Assembly: GCA_010909165.1 (NCBI GenBank) | Contig: VJWM01000016.1 | Coordinates: 1-64,000, forward strand | Source of the DNA: Anthoceros angustus | Taxonomy: Eukaryota > Plantae > Anthocerotophyta | Direction of reading: 5' to 3' | Length of the DNA stretch: 64,000 bases | Part shown: piece by piece, positions 1 to 13,388 of the stretch | Layout: each line of letters opens with the position of its first letter | How positions within the stretch are numbered: the first letter of the stretch is position 1 | The notes under the pieces: model-generated | Databases searched by the model: none | Told to the model about the DNA's origin: nothing | What the model saw: only the letters and a program-made list of their open reading frames with translations | Translations under genes and position numbers: made by a program

Positions 1-205
1 AAACGATGCACCTAGTGGGAAGGTAAGTGTGGATGCGTGGAGGGCCAGTGAGTGTCGAGCAATTCTTGATGACGTTGTGACCCGAGGCGCTCCGGTAGCG
101 AGGCCGTGAGGCGGCAGGCTCAGCGTGAGAGCTCCAAAACGGCGGGTGGCTGCAGTGGAGCTTGTTTTGATCGTGAGGAGGAAGTAGCACAAAGTCGGTG
201 GCAAG

Positions 206-880
206 GTGGGGTGGTTCCTCAACCCTGGCGGCGATGGCGATGAACATAAGATCGACCAGCAAGCGACTCTCTCTTTGGAGGTAAGAAGGAGGACGGAAAC
301 CTTTGTGGAGGATTATTATGCGAACTTCAAGAAGGTTGGGATCGGACTCATCCATTGTTCGTGGGTCCTTCGCCGAGAACAGTGCTCGATGGGTACCGGA
401 GGAAGTACCGACCCGAGCGCCCCCTGCGACCTTGAAGCATTGAAGGATGCCTTCTTGGAAAGATTCCGTGGATTGACCAAGAAGGCTACGTCTGCCTAAG
501 CCTCGAGAATGCGAGGCGAGGCAAGGCGGAGAGGTTGGGATCGTACATCGAATGGTTCTACGCCTCCGGGACCCGGCACCCCACCCACACCACTATGCAA
601 AGTGGGATGCTGGTTCGCGGCCAATAATAAGCAAACACGCCGTGCGAAGCGAGTGGCGGTCCGGGGCGGAGAACTACGAGGAATCGATGCACCAACGAGG
701 CGAGTGCGCCTCCGGTGAAGAAGAAAAGAAACGGGGGTCAATCCGAGGATGAAGAGCCCTCGAGCTGAGGAAGAGGAGGAGGTTCAAGAAGAATTTGGCG
801 AAGAGGAGAGCAGGGTCTCCTGGCGGCAGTGACACTCGACTGGACGGCCAGAATATGTGTCATACCGAAAATTTGACTTG
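206..880 (+). mobile_element. Degenerate Ty3/gypsy gag fragment (separate element, cut off at the LTR-like end near 896)
   Basis: ORF 206-499 ends DLEALKDAFLERF, matching the retrotransposon gag (W)EALKxAFLxRF motif also seen at ~11480-11520 on the minus strand. An acidic/basic low-complexity tail follows. Frameshifted. Confidence 0.6.
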
Positions 881-895
881 AAGAAAACCTAACGC

Positions 896-1403
896 TGATG
901 GTAGGAGGAGAAATGGGGGCACTCCCAGGTCCTCCCACTATAAGCGGCCACACTTATCCTTGTCGCTTCGTCGTTGGGTTTCGTCCCATGAGACTTGTGT
1001 GAAAGTTCGAGGCCTTGTGGTCACCAATCGCTACGCACAACTCTCGGCCTTCTCAACAAGCAAGGCCCACTACTCTCCCTCTCACAGCAGTGCACCACCT
1101 TGCTTGAAAAATCGCCAACCTCGACCACGACACAAAACAATTTGGTCCACCTGACAGCCTACCACAGCGCCGGGGAATTCACACAGCGATTCGTCCCTAC
1201 TTCTAAGACCAAACTTGACCTACGACCACAACACACAACACACATCGTCCCTACTTCTGTACACAACACTGGGCCTGGAGCCTACCACGGGCCGGGACAG
1301 TTCACACCGATTCGTCCCTACTTCTAAGACTACTCTTCCACTCGGGGCGCTCGTTTACTTGCAGTTGGGATTCGTCCCTTAGGCTCGTGGCCTTCCACTA
1401 ACA
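896..1403 (-). repeat. Probable 3' LTR of the gypsy element
   Basis: ~899-978 (TGGTAGG...GGCACTCCCAGG..TCCTCCCACTATAAGCG.CCACACTTATCC) matches the start of the LTR at 12786. Ends near ...CTAACA at 1403 and is followed by a pyrimidine tract (a PPT on the minus strand). Contains repeated (GA)TTCGTCCC(TACTTCT) motifs. Right boundary tentative. Confidence 0.5.
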
Positions 1404-1949
1404 CCTACACCTCTAATCCTCTACTCATCTTCTCATCTCCTCATCCTCTTCCTCCTAGTCTAACCTCGGTTCGGGCTTCTTGGTTTCGACTGCCCTTACG
1501 GCTGGCGCACAGGGTCGCCTCCACCAGCAAGTTCTTCCTTGGGCGGTTGCTATGAGTTTGACACAGACGGCGAGAACCTCCAGTCTTTCCACGTAGTCTA
1601 CCCTCAAGAGAGTTCTCAGGCATTTGCCACACACCCAAAGCAAAGCAATTTCACGGCAACCATTCACAGCAACTCGTTTAGGCACTTGCGTGAGCAAGTC
1701 CTCCACCAAGCACTCCGACCGCGACTTCCTCTCTACCAGACGTTGGCTCCACGGCCGCACGAAATTCCTGTAATGGCAAAGGACTCGAGAGCGTGGGCGC
1801 AAGACATGATACTTTACTTTGTGAAATCCTCCTCCTCTTATAGGAGGCCTTCCACATACAACCTCCCTTGGGTGACCCTCTGCAGTCACCTTTTCCAATA
1901 TTCTATTATTTCCTACATGACATTTAATGTCAGCACCTAAATCTATTGT

Positions 1950-4900
1950 CCTTGGTAAATTCTATTCTAGCAACTTCACCTAAGACCTCTTTAGGATGTC
2001 GACACCACACCTATCCTTCTTCCCCAAAGCTCATTTATGGTCATTGACCATTCTAGTCTTATCTTTTGGGGTGGTGACGTCCCTTGGATTGGCTCCCTCG
2101 CCTCCTTTTGCTCTTGCCCTTCCCGGATCTTGTCGCCTTCCTAATGTGTGGGGCAAGTACAATCTTGCCCCTTCCTCCATCTCCGCGGCGCCTAAATCTG
2201 TATCTTCCATCGGCGCCCCTCCCGCGCCTAGGCGCCTTTCTCCAGCCTCCGGTCGCGCCCGTTCATTCACCCTACGCGGTAGTCGGCGGACTAGGGGTAG
2301 GCCCTACCAGTGGTACCTTCTCCTTCTTCTCCTCCGTGATGTTTCTTGGGTCGAGATCATTGCTCTTTCCTTGTTTGGTTGTCCATACCTATCATAGAGC
2401 ATCATCTTCCCCAATGACCATGCCTAACTCTCGGGCCTTTTTGCGTTGGACTCCTCCTCGGGGTCCCGGCTCCTCCCTTATCTGGGGGGGCCTCACCCCT
2501 CCCCTTCCTCGGGGTCGGACCCGTCCTTAGTCTCCTCCGGTGGGGTTGTCTCTCCCACCACCAGCTCCTCCGGGGTATACTGGACCCCCGGCTCCTTCAT
2601 CCTCGGCCGGGCCTCCGGCGACTCCTCCACACCCACGGGCACCTACCGGTGGTCAGCGGACTACGTGTATCGTCTGCAGTCGGCGACTACCGTGGTAGTG
2701 GTCACCACCGTGGTAGGTTGACCCCCCCCGAGGTGGGCTTTCCCCCTCCTTGCTCTGCGCCACCTTCTACCTTTGGCGCTGGCCTCCCTCTCCACTCCTC
2801 AGTTCCTCGGAGTCCATTTGATGGCCTCATCAAAATCGGAGGCCTCACTGTTGCGCTCCTTTTGTCATCATGAGGACCCAATGTCCTCCTCTTGGCCGAA
2901 CATTGTTGGCCTTCAAAATTCTATTGTGGAGGTGAGCCCCAAGCTATGATATTGCATTTGGAGATCATCAATCTCCCGTGGGCCACTCTCCATCTTCACA
3001 CCTACCTTTGTAGGCATCTCTTGAGGTGGTCAATTCCCCACCTTGACATGGAGGTTACATTCTCCTCCCTCACTTCCTTTGGTGGCTGCCAATTTTGCAA
3101 GGGCATAATCGCCCAAAACCTTCGCTTCCTTACTACGGCATTCATGCACCACCTTCTTGTGGCTCCTCCTAGACCTCCTTTTCCTTCCAAGTCCTCTATT
3201 CTTGAGCAAGCCCTTCCTCTCGCTTGCCAAGCATCTTTTCTCGCGCTCCGGCTCCTGGTCTTTGGTTTTGAATTTCAGCGCTTCTCTTCCAAACTGGGGT
3301 CCTTCTCAACTCTTCCTTCATGTCCGGATCAGATGGCTTGCGTATCACACATCTGCGCGTCCATTCTTTGGACGCTACCTTCTCCTTCCAGTGCCTCTGT
3401 TTTGCCCTTTCGCTCTTGCTCTAATTGGGCAAAATGCTCTTCCGCCCTCCATGATCCTGTTGGGTGGTTGCCGAATGGCTCTTTCTTGACTGACAACCTT
3501 CCCTCAGGACCTTCTCCCGTGCGCCCATCCATGAGGTCGCGGAGCTTCTCCTGACCTTTTCCAACTTGGCTGCCTTTTCATCGGACTCCATGGCCTCCAA
3601 TTGCCATTTGGTCCCTGCCTTCCTCCCGCCATGTCTTGAGATTTCACTTCCTCTTGGCATGCCCACAAGGAGGCTGTCTCTAGCCTTCAAATCCACCTGA
3701 GTGCTTCACAAGCACCGGCAATTCTCCTAGGGGTCCTAATTCCACCCCTTCTTTCTTCTTGCTGGAAATTTCCAGCTCTCACACCTCTCGGGCCATCGCC
3801 AGTGCGGGCCTTCACCGTCGCTCCATCCGCTCTCCCACAGGCGCGAGATGGTGGCCTCGCGCCCGCTCGCGGCCTCTTCTTCTCCTTCCCTTCCACCGCA
3901 GGCTGTTTGGCGTGGGTGCTGCCTACCTGGTGGCGCTCCCCCCCTCGTGGTAGTGCCTACCTACCATGGTGGTGGCCTGATCCCCACCCCTTGGGTGGGC
4001 GCCTCCCTCACGGGTGGCTGGGGTGTCTCGTAGGCACAAAGGAGATGGTGGGGACTCCCCACTCTGGGCATCACCCCTCCGTGGTCCTTCTCTCATAGAC
4101 CACCATCGGCCTTCCTCGGCCGCTTCCTCTTCTCCCTTGCTTGCTCACTGTGGGGAAAGGATTCCCCACTCGGCAACTTTGTTGCCTCCGCACTTCTCCT
4201 CTTGCTCTAGCATTTTGTGGAGGTCGACCTCCCACCGTCTTCCAATGCAAAGGCAAAGGCCTTTCCAACTCGGTGGAGATGGATGACCTCAAAGGGATGC
4301 CATGCATCTTCAAGCTCCTTGCTTGTGAGAAGTCCCTCGGTTTCCCATAAATGCACCAAATAGGTGCTAAGATAGCGAGGCCTTGGCCTTCCTCATCCAC
4401 GAATTTGGCTTGAGGAGCTTCTCGATGGTGGATGTAGGCCTTCATACATGATAGTCCCCAATCGGCTTGGCTCCCATGGAAATCTTCCACAAAATTGGAG
4501 GAAGTTGGTCTTTGAAATAAAGTGCGTTGGTAATTTACCAACCCCAGCACAATCTTTGCGAAGAGCCTCCACTTGACTCCTTGATGCTCTCGGTCTTCCG
4601 CCATTCTTGGCGTGGGCCTTCACTCCTCCATCCATCATGTCGAGGAACTCTGCGGGATGTCGGAGGCTGTCCTCTTCCTCCATTCCTTTCGAGAGAGCAG
4701 AGCTCTCTTCCTCCGGTCTTCCATACACACCGAATACTTCTCACGGTCCAAGCGGGGATCCGTTAGCATTCCTTTCCGGTGGCCGGCGCCCGATTGATGG
4801 AGGTTGATGTAACACTCCTCAATCAATTCCAAATTGGTGTAGGCCCATTGGCGGCCATACACCCATCCTAGTTGGATGTTCTCCTCCTCCCGCTGAAAAT

Positions 4901-5150
4901 CAACCAAATCTCGGGGTTGAGCGAAAAGCAAGTGAATTGGGGCATCACAAGTTCACCTCCTCTGGCGGGCAGCACTGCTGCCTTTCTTTCCTTTCTCGCG
5001 AGGAGCCCTTGGGCGGCTCCTTCCCTTGCCTTTCCACTCGAGGCATGGCACCTTCCTTCTCCAAAATCTAGCAAAGGGATTACTTCCCAATTTGTTGTGT
5101 GCTCCAAGCTTTCTCAAACACCTTTTGTTCGTCCACACTGAGGCACAAGC
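1950..5150 (-). pseudogene. Frameshifted extra ORF 3' of integrase (Athila ORF2/env-like region)
   Basis: Protein-like fragments in several frames: LGWVYGRQWAYTNLELIEECYINL (resembles the GW..F...LV.EFY.N motif of Athila-associated ORFs), KWRLFAKIVLGL...FVEDFHG...DWG, and a coiled-coil-like stretch near 3400-3700. Confidence 0.5.
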
Positions 5151-6059
5151 ACACGTTAGCCTCTTGGGTTTCCGGCCAATTTCCTCTTGATTTCTTCTCC
5201 AGGCCGGCAGGTGGTCGCGATTCCTCCTTCTACTCACTCTCTCCTTCACCTTGCCTGCGCTCCAACTCGCTCTCCGGTGAGCTCCTTCAATGTGTCTTTT
5301 CCTCAAGAGCTCTTCTGGGCGCTTTCTCGCCTCCTCTTTTCCTCCTAGGTCTTCTCCTTTGCCTTCCTCGGTTGGTGCGATGCGGCCTGGCGCTTCTCCC
5401 TCTCTTTTTGCGCTCCGGCTTTCGTCTCTTGGGAGTGAGTTTAGCTCGAAGGAAGTTGGCGCCCAAAGCGCACTTTGCCCTTTGGATGGCGCCACTGGCG
5501 GCCACACAACCCTAGATTTTTCATCATTCCAAAATCCTAATCTATCTATAAACTACCTATTTTCCTATCCCTAATTAATCTCTTCTAATATATTTATCCT
5601 TTATTGATGAGCATATATAGTGGATATCCCCTATTCTAATTTCCTTTTTATTAGATCGTGACCTACCACGGTAGTCCTTCCCTACCCGTGGTAGTGTGGC
5701 ATCTGTGATACCTACCTCGGGTGCCTTCACGCCGTCTTTTTTCTTCCTCGGATATCCTTTTGCCTTCCTAACAATATCCTACAACTCGGCTTCAAGATTC
5801 TTGAAAATTTCTTGGCATGCTCCTCTTCAATCGTTCTTAGCCAAAAAAATCAAACTTGTTGTCTTGGCTCTTTTGGGCTGGTTGCCCAAACTTTTCGTTC
5901 CACATACTCCCCACCTCACTGTTTGCGTCCTCGCAAACAACGAATACCAGTGAGGTACTTCTTGACCTTCCACCCATTGACTCGGTGGCAATAATTGCGC
6001 CTGCAGTTATGCGGATCCATTCGTATCTGCGACCACCTCGTAAGGTCCCATCCACCTTA

Positions 6060-7100
6060 GCTTCCTGGAAAGTCTAGGTGACTATCATATAGAAGAACCA
6101 AATCCCGTCCACGATAGCCTCTTGCTTCCTCAACCTCCCATCATGCCCCTTTTTACGAGTTCCACGAATCTGTTTCTTCTAAAGCATCCTCCCTACGTTC
6201 TTCTGCTCTATGAATGATTCTAGTCTAACTACGGCTATCCTCTACGGTCATCGTTCATCCTCCATGATTACGTAGGTGGGTACTTCGAATTCCACGGGCA
6301 TCACAGGAGACATGCCATATGTTAGATAATAAGGGGTCTTTTGGTGGTTACCTTCTCCAGCGGTCCTGTAAGCCCACAGTCAAATGCAACGCATCCCAAT
6401 CATACATGTGTGTCACAGTACCTTGGTGAGGATTGTGCGAGCAACCCATTCGTCTTCTCCGTTAATCCATTCGCTTTGGGGTTGTAGGGGTCGTCTTCGA
6501 TGCGAATGTTGAAGTAGGTGGTTGGTTCGAGTTGAGGAAATGTGTCCCCGGTCTGACCAACTCTAAAGGACATCCATACCGTTATGATGTTCTCGAATAG
6601 AAACTTGCTCTGCGGTCGTCGTCCTTCCTGGTTGCTTCCACCATCTTGTACAATAATCCAATAGCCACCAAAATGTCGCTTCCTCGTCCATTGCGTTGGT
6701 GGTTTGATTGGTCCCCTGAAATCGATTCCCCACTTCTCGAGCGGTGCTAGCGGGATGTAGGTAAGAGGCCATTGTGTCGCGTGGGCCGTCAACCCTCGAC
6801 ACGCATCACACCTCCGGTGAACTCCCACACATCCTTTTGCATCGTAGCCCAAACCCGGCATTCAAAATCTTCTTAACGGTCACTGCACGAATAGTGTCCA
6901 CTCTTACGCATGCGCCTCGTGACGAGCTTCTCCAGCACCGAGACGTCGGATCTTTTCGTCGGCCCAAGTTTATGCAGGACACCTTCCGTGCAATGGGGTG
7001 CGGCTTTATGGAGAAGACCGCCCGTCCTTCCCGACAACCCATCGGCATGATCCATGCTCCGAATTTCGTACTTCACGCTCAACAAATACCTCGGGCATGA
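6060..7100 (-). pseudogene. Gypsy integrase remnant
   Basis: PLAPLEKWGIDFRGPIKPP and YNPKANGLTEKTN motifs (ORF 6400-6861), with a degraded zinc-binding region upstream. Confidence 0.85.
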
Positions 7101-7849
7101 ACGCCCCTCGCGTTCTAATCTCCTCCTTCCGGTGTGCCACGTCTCCTCCTCCTAGGGCGTTAGTAGCTCCGGATGGCGTGTATCCATCCTCGGCCACGGC
7201 TTCCTGCCGCCCATCTTGCACGTTCCTCAACAGTTCGCATGTTCTTCCTTCATTAACGGTTGATTTCGTCCGCCTCGGCCCAACGTTTGGGTCCATCTTG
7301 TGCTCCCATGGCGACCTCTCGACTTGTTGCACCTCCATGGTCGGATTTTGAGGATTGCCAGATCCAACTCTCCCTTGCAATTTTCTTCAAACTTGTCATG
7401 GGCGCATCTCCTTCTTCGCCTGGCGCACCTCCTAGGCTCTCCTCCTCGGCCCCATGGCGGCTTGACCACCGTCCTTCTCGCTCAAAAGCGGTGCTCTCAT
7501 GTCCGTTTTGCTTCTGCCAACGTGTGGCCTCCACTTGCAGCCCCACTGCTCACCCTTGAGGAGATTCAGCCTCCTCCTTGCGCCCATGCTGGCGCCATCC
7601 TATCTCCTCGGTTCCAGTTGTCCTGCGGCTTTTTCACCGCACGCTCCTTCTTGCTCATTTGGCCTCTCTGCAAGACTTGCTGATCAATTCTTAGGCCCGA
7701 CAACATGCTCACCTCCTTCCCCTTGACTTGGGTCATGGTAACCAACTCCTCGTCGAAATCGATCATCGTAAGTCGCTCTCGGTTTGAGAGAAATGAAATC
7801 GCATTACGATGTTGCTTCTGGTTTCGTCATAGTCAAACTCTTGCAGCGA

Positions 7850-8900
7850 TAATACCCATCGGCAATCCTTCGACAAATCGGCTTGTTGACAAGATACTTC
7901 AAGCAAAATGATCAACATGGGGTAACCTTGCAAGCGGATAGTGTCTAAACTTCTTACGAGTAAATGATACCAAGACCCTCCCGCTCCGTGGTTGAGTAGT
8001 TCTTTTCGGCATCCGTGAGTTGTCTACCCGCATAGAAAATCGGATGATCCGTTTCTTCTCATCTTCGACTAAGGCGGTCCCAATGGCATAGGCGGACACA
8101 TCCGTATACATGAAGCGGCTTCCCCAATCCGGTTGTAAAGTTGGTGCGCTCACCAAGCTGTCCTTCAAGCTCTGAAAAGCCTCTGTGCGTGTCCATTCGA
8201 AGGGTGTATCCTTTTTGGTTAATTGTGTCAACAAGGCTGCCTTCTTGGCGAAATCCTTGATGAACCTCCTGTAATACCCACTAGCCCTAAAAGCTCGCTG
8301 CCTTTGCAGTGCGTCCATCTCGACTATGCTACCTTCTCTTTATCTACACCAATCCTCGTCAAACTCGATGTGCTAATAGAATGCCCTCCGTCATGCCAAA
8401 ATAACACTTCCGGATGAAGTTTCATGTTCGACTCACATTTAAAGCATTGCCTCAAATGGTCTAAATGCAAGTTCCTTCTCCCAAATACACAATCATCCAG
8501 AATACCTCCATGAACTTCCTCAATCTCGGAATCGCGTTCACTACCACTGGAAAGTGGCGGGGCATTGCACAACCGAAGGGAGCTTGAATAGCGTAAGTTC
8601 CCCAATCCGTGTGAGCGTTGTCTTGTCTGATCCTCCTTCAGCGAAATTTGATTGTACCGAATATCCATCAAGCTGTACATCTCATCGCCTCATGTCAACA
8701 CACTGTCCATGAAAGGTAAAGGGTGATGATCCTTCTTCGTTGCTTCAGTTTTGAAATCTTGACACACCGAACCTTTCCTGCGCTTCTTTGGTACAATCAC
8801 GATGGGGCGACCCACTCCTTTGGTGAGCAGGATAAATCACCCCACCTCCAAGTATTGGTCGAGTGATCCTTAACAACCATGGAATACTTGGGATTCGACT
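7850..8900 (-). pseudogene. Gypsy reverse transcriptase and RNase H remnant
   Basis: DHHPLPFMD, YSLMD..YNQI, LCNAP, ILDD, GYYRRFIKDFAKKAALLTQLTKKD and YTDVSAYAIG motifs across frameshifts. Confidence 0.9.
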
Positions 8901-9479
8901 GTATTGCTTGATCCTCTTGAGTGCCCTCCTTCAAAATCTATTCGATGTATTCCCGGTTCTTCGGTATCCCCATGTCGGTAATCTTGAAGGCAAACACATC
9001 GACATATTCTCTAAGGACCCTCTGAAACTCTTCTTTTCTATCGGCCTAGGTACTTAGAAAATCTTGACTACCTTGCTAGGTTCTAACTCTAGGTCTTCTC
9101 GCATCGGGATCTACATATGTTCCTGGACTGCCTATCTTGGTTCCGGATCCCTCTTAGTCTCGCTCATAAGCCCCTTCCAAAAGGCTACTCCTTCTCTATG
9201 GGCCTCATCCTCGGACTCCTCTGGCTTCCTCTATATGTAAGCAGGCATACACCAAATCACTCTTTATTTGACCTCATGAGGACCCCGATATGCTCGATCC
9301 TTTGCAGGAGCTTACCCCGTGCTACAGGTGTACCGTCGGTGGGTTGCGACTCCCCTCATAAGGAGCCTTACTCCATGACACAAAAGCAATCGCCAGTCCG
9401 TATCTTGGACTTGAAGGTGATGCCACTCGACCAAAATCAAAAACACACGCGTACCATACAAGGCCTACCTATCAAAACC

Positions 9480-9700
9480 TTATAGCCTAAATCCGAACGG
9501 CATCACAATGTAGGTAAGATGGAAGGTGAGTCCCAATTACAGTGGGCACGTTTCAGCACCCCAGTGGCTTTCTCCTTATGCAGTCGGCCATCCGTAAAAA
9601 TACTCGGGCGGGTGAAACTCGGTGAACCGAGTTGATGAGCCGTCTCCTCCGTCATCAAGTTGACTCGATCCGAATCTAATGGCACGTCGGGCACCAAACA
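9480..9700 (-). pseudogene. Gypsy aspartic protease remnant
   Basis: VPLDSDRVNLMTEETAHQLG resembles the LDSG..VNLM protease active-site region, and it lies between gag and RT. Confidence 0.6.
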
Positions 9701-10099
9701 CCCGCAATCTCAACCTCAATCTCGGGTGCCCCAAATCAATGAGTTCGACCACATTTACCTCCATGCCTTCTCCTCCCTACTGCTTGAGGATTCCCCGATC
9801 GCCTCCTTCACAATTTTGCGGGATCTTGGACTCACATGCAAGCATCTCATGACCACAAATTCGCGGTCAAGTAATGCGTCGTGGCCCGGAATTTTATACA
9901 AGGTTTCCTCCCGCTTGCAGCCAGCCGGTCGACTCCGACCTTATTGGTAAAGTTCGATTCCATGATCCTCCTATCGGTGGGTTCCCATACCGGTGGATCC
10001 ACAATTCGGCTCTGCGACCCACCTTCCCGTGTCGGGTGAGCTGTTTAATTCATCTTCCGGCATCGCTACTTCTCGACTAATGTCGGGAGGAAAGCGATT

Positions 10100-12500
10100 C
10101 GTTCCTCCCCTCCTTTGGTCCCCGCCTACGAGGTAGTCTGGTCTATCCCGTAAGTGCCGGACTCGGGGTGATCGCCTTCTGCGGTGGGGTCCTCCTCTTT
10201 CGCGCTTGGGCCGCGTCTCCGGAGGCCATGGTGAGTCCCTCACCTTCTCCGCTTCCTTTCCTCATCGCGCCGTTTTCCGATCGGCCTTTCTCGCGGCTCA
10301 CGGTGGTCACCGCCACCATCAACCTTTCATCCGCGCTCATTTCTCCTCGTATCCTTCCTCCACGATGTCTGAATCCCTTCGAGGAATCATACTCCTTCCA
10401 CCTTCAACAGGTGTTGTGGTCACGGTAATTCGGTTTCGGTGTTGGGTCGTGCCTCTTCCTGCCTCTCGGGACTGGTGGTGTGTCACTCGCGTCACCCCGT
10501 GCATATCCCCATTTTATGTCCCAATTCCATACACGGCAAGGGTACATAACCACTTGCTTCCGTGGTTACATTCGTTGAGTAGTGTCTGGTCTAATTATGA
10601 CACACAAATTGCCATCGTGATGTCGGATCTCCATTGTCCCGATGCGATGGACGTGAGCCATACCTTGAGGGGCCGGTGCGGTTGGTAAGTCGCCTCATTG
10701 ATTGAGGTCGGCTTCCGGTGACGCTTGTACTGTGCGCCTCGTCCACGTACCAATAATCTCCCGGCATACGGTTTCCACATGATTTACACGTGTGGTGCCG
10801 CGAATACATTCTCGGTTGGTGTGTCCCGTTTGATGACGATGAGCAATACACCAAGCGCCTCGGCGAAGGAGATCTTCGTGGAGCTTGATTCTTCACTTGA
10901 CCTCTAACTCGGTCAACCTTGGTCAAAGCCTCCACTTGTCCGGCAATCCCTCCTCCTGCTGCGACGTTTCTCCCTTCTCCATCCGACGGACCGTCTTCCC
11001 TTTCCTCTCCTTCTCCAATGCGCGTTCCGCCTCCTCTTGTCGTTTGACCTTCTCCGGGTCCTTCTCATTTCGTTCGTAGGCCTTCTCCGATTCCTCATCC
11101 GATGTGGAGCTTGAGTTCCATCCTCACTTTCGATGAGGAAGAGGCGACTGGAGGAGGTAGAGGAAGGCGAGCTAGATCTCCTCGATCCTTTCCTCTTCTT
11201 ATGACTCCGCCTCTTCTTCCTCCTCTCCCACTCGGCGGACTCCCATTCCTCGGCTAAGCGGAGGCCCCCCTTAACGTCTTCGTTCGCGCTGCGGTGTACC
11301 TCCATTTTCGTGACAAGCCACTCACAAACCAATCCAACGCTTGCTCTTGTGAGTACCAGTGGGTGGATCTCCGGCCTCGGGTGCATTTGAACTCGATCCG
11401 GATATCCATAAAACCTCTCCACATAATCGAACAAGACTCGTTTCTTCCTTGAAGGGTTCTCAACTTGCCAAAGTGTGGTGTGCGTGGAGCCCTCGGAACC
11501 GATTCAAGAAGGCTGCCTTAAGAGCTTCCCAATCGTGGCGCACGAATTATGCGACCATACCAGCATTGGGCATGCCCTCTCAGCGATCCGGAAAGATCGT
11601 GATCGATCGGCGACTCCATCCTCTAAATTTGCGTGGGAGGCGTGCTAAAGTTCTTACAAGCGCCTCGCGTCATCTCCTTCTTCTTCTGAATTTGGCGTAT
11701 TGGCGACTATGAAGTTAGGCGGTCCTCCTCCTCCACCAACTCCACTCATGTTGCTCGTTCGAGTGTCCCGCAGCGGACCAACACTCCTCTCGCCGGGGTA
11801 ACGAAACAAATCGGGATCCTTGAGCACGAAATCTTCTACCGCAAGGGTAGCGACCTCCCTCTAGTCGTCCCAAAGATCAATCGATCGGTGATCGAGTCGT
11901 TCCGCCAAATCCTCCGACCAAATGAAACTCCCGCTGGCGACCTCGTCGTCGCCGCATTTGGAAGATGAGGTGGTGTCACCGCTTTGAGAAGCAAAGCGTC
12001 GCGGGCGTTCGCGGCGGTTGTGAGCAACTCGTGCTCGGAGGGCGCGGCCCTTCCTAAATCCTGGACACCACTTCTCTTCTCGACCTCCTTCCTCTCGCCG
12101 GTGATCTCGCCTCTTCTTCCTCCTCTCCCTGCACGTTCCCCTCGCCTTGTCAGGCGACTTCCTCGCGTCTCGTGTCTACTTCCTCCCGCTCTTGGCGACC
12201 TCGTCGTCCGCGCCGGGAAGATGAGGTGGTGTCACCGCTTTGAGAAGCAAAGCGTCGCGGGCGTTCGCGGCGGTTGTGGAGAACAACTCGTGCTCGGGCG
12301 CGGCCCTTCCTCACTTTGGACACTTCTCTTCTCGACCTCCTTCCTCTCGGCGGTGATCTCGCCTCTTCTTCCTCCTTCTCCCCTGTCATCGTTCCGCCTC
12401 CGTCGCCTTGGGCGTCACGGCGACTTCCTCGCGTCATCGTGTCTACTTCCTCCAGCTGCCCAGTGGCGGCAGTGGCGGTCTCTCCTTAGCGGTTCTTCGT
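10100..12500 (-). pseudogene. Gypsy gag remnant
   Basis: DWEALKAAFLNRF read on the minus strand at ~11480-11520, followed by YVERFY and charged low-complexity segments. Confidence 0.7.
11937..12440. repeat. ~258-bp tandem duplication in the gag 5' region
   Basis: GCGACCTCGTCGT...GAAGATGAGGTGGTGTCACCGCTTTGAGAAGCAAAGCGTCGCGGGCGTTCGCGGCGG occurs at ~11937 and ~12196. Confidence 0.9.
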
Positions 12501-12764
12501 GGCTCGTAAATCTCGCGGTGACGGTGGTGACCTTCGCGTGTATCTCCCGAGATCGACCCCTATCGACATCGCAACCATCCTCATGTCCTCCAACCCCACG
12601 GTGTTAAGAAGGAAGCAAACCACACCCTCTAGTGTCTCAACCATTCACCCCGATGACACTTAGAGGCGTGAAATTCTTCTCACACATGGTGACTCTCGGT
12701 CCCTTCTCAAGCATGCTCTGACCTAGCGATGGAAACCACAAAACTTCAACCTTTCAACAACAAG

Positions 12765-12781
12765 TCCCGACAGCAGCGCCA
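12765..12781 (-). promoter_or_regulatory. Primer-binding site of the gypsy element
   Basis: Minus strand reads TGGCGCTGCTGTCGGGA, 4 nt inside the LTR end. It resembles the TGGCGCCGTTGCCGGGGA PBS of Athila-type elements. Confidence 0.7.
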
Positions 12782-12785
12782 AAAA

Positions 12786-13278
12786 TGTGGTAGGGAATCA
12801 GGGCACTCCCAGGAGTCCTCCACTATAAGCGCCACACTTATCCCGTCGCAATGCGTTGGGTAGCATCTAGGTTTGTGACCCTCATCCAAAAGGTCGCCAC
12901 GTGGTCTTCAACCTTCCGGCACTCAGCAACCACTTGGGGAAGGCAATCCTTCTCACTTATGCTAACCTCCTTTTGCCCAGGCGGGATGGACCCCTGCGAT
13001 GCGGCTCGGCGTTAGCTCTTCCTCTGCGTCTGGTAGGACTTGTACACCATGTGTCGTTGTTCAATGTACCCCGCACCTCAAATCGGCTTCAATCGCCGGT
13101 TCCGGCCACATAACAGTCTTTGCCAATGTTGTCGTGCGCTCCCCTGGCATCCACCCAATCTCCTTCCACGAGAATGTTTTGACAAGTTTTGTCATAAGGC
13201 CTAGCGGGCGTTGGTAAGGAGCATACCACCAGCAGCCGTGCGATAGGTGGACCCGGCTTCTTGGCAGCGGGGTGCCCA
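12786..13278 (-). repeat. 5' LTR, copy 1
   Basis: Begins TGTGGTAGGG next to the PBS and is repeated at 13389-13863. Right end approximate. Confidence 0.7.
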
Positions 13279-13388
13279 ATAAGCTCCTTCCTCACAACAC
13301 ATGGTCGACCTCACCTTCTCAAGCATGCTACAGCCTAGCGATGGAAACCACAAAACTTCAACCTTTCAACAAGCAATCTAGCGCAAAA

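Larger units (their letters stand above)
896..13278 (-). mobile_element. Decayed Athila-like (non-chromoviral) Ty3/gypsy LTR retrotransposon
   Basis: On the minus strand the order is LTR, PBS, gag, protease, RT, RNase H, integrase, extra ORF, LTR-like end. RT/RH/IN motifs are of the Athila type. Many frameshifts. End coordinates approximate. Confidence 0.85.
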
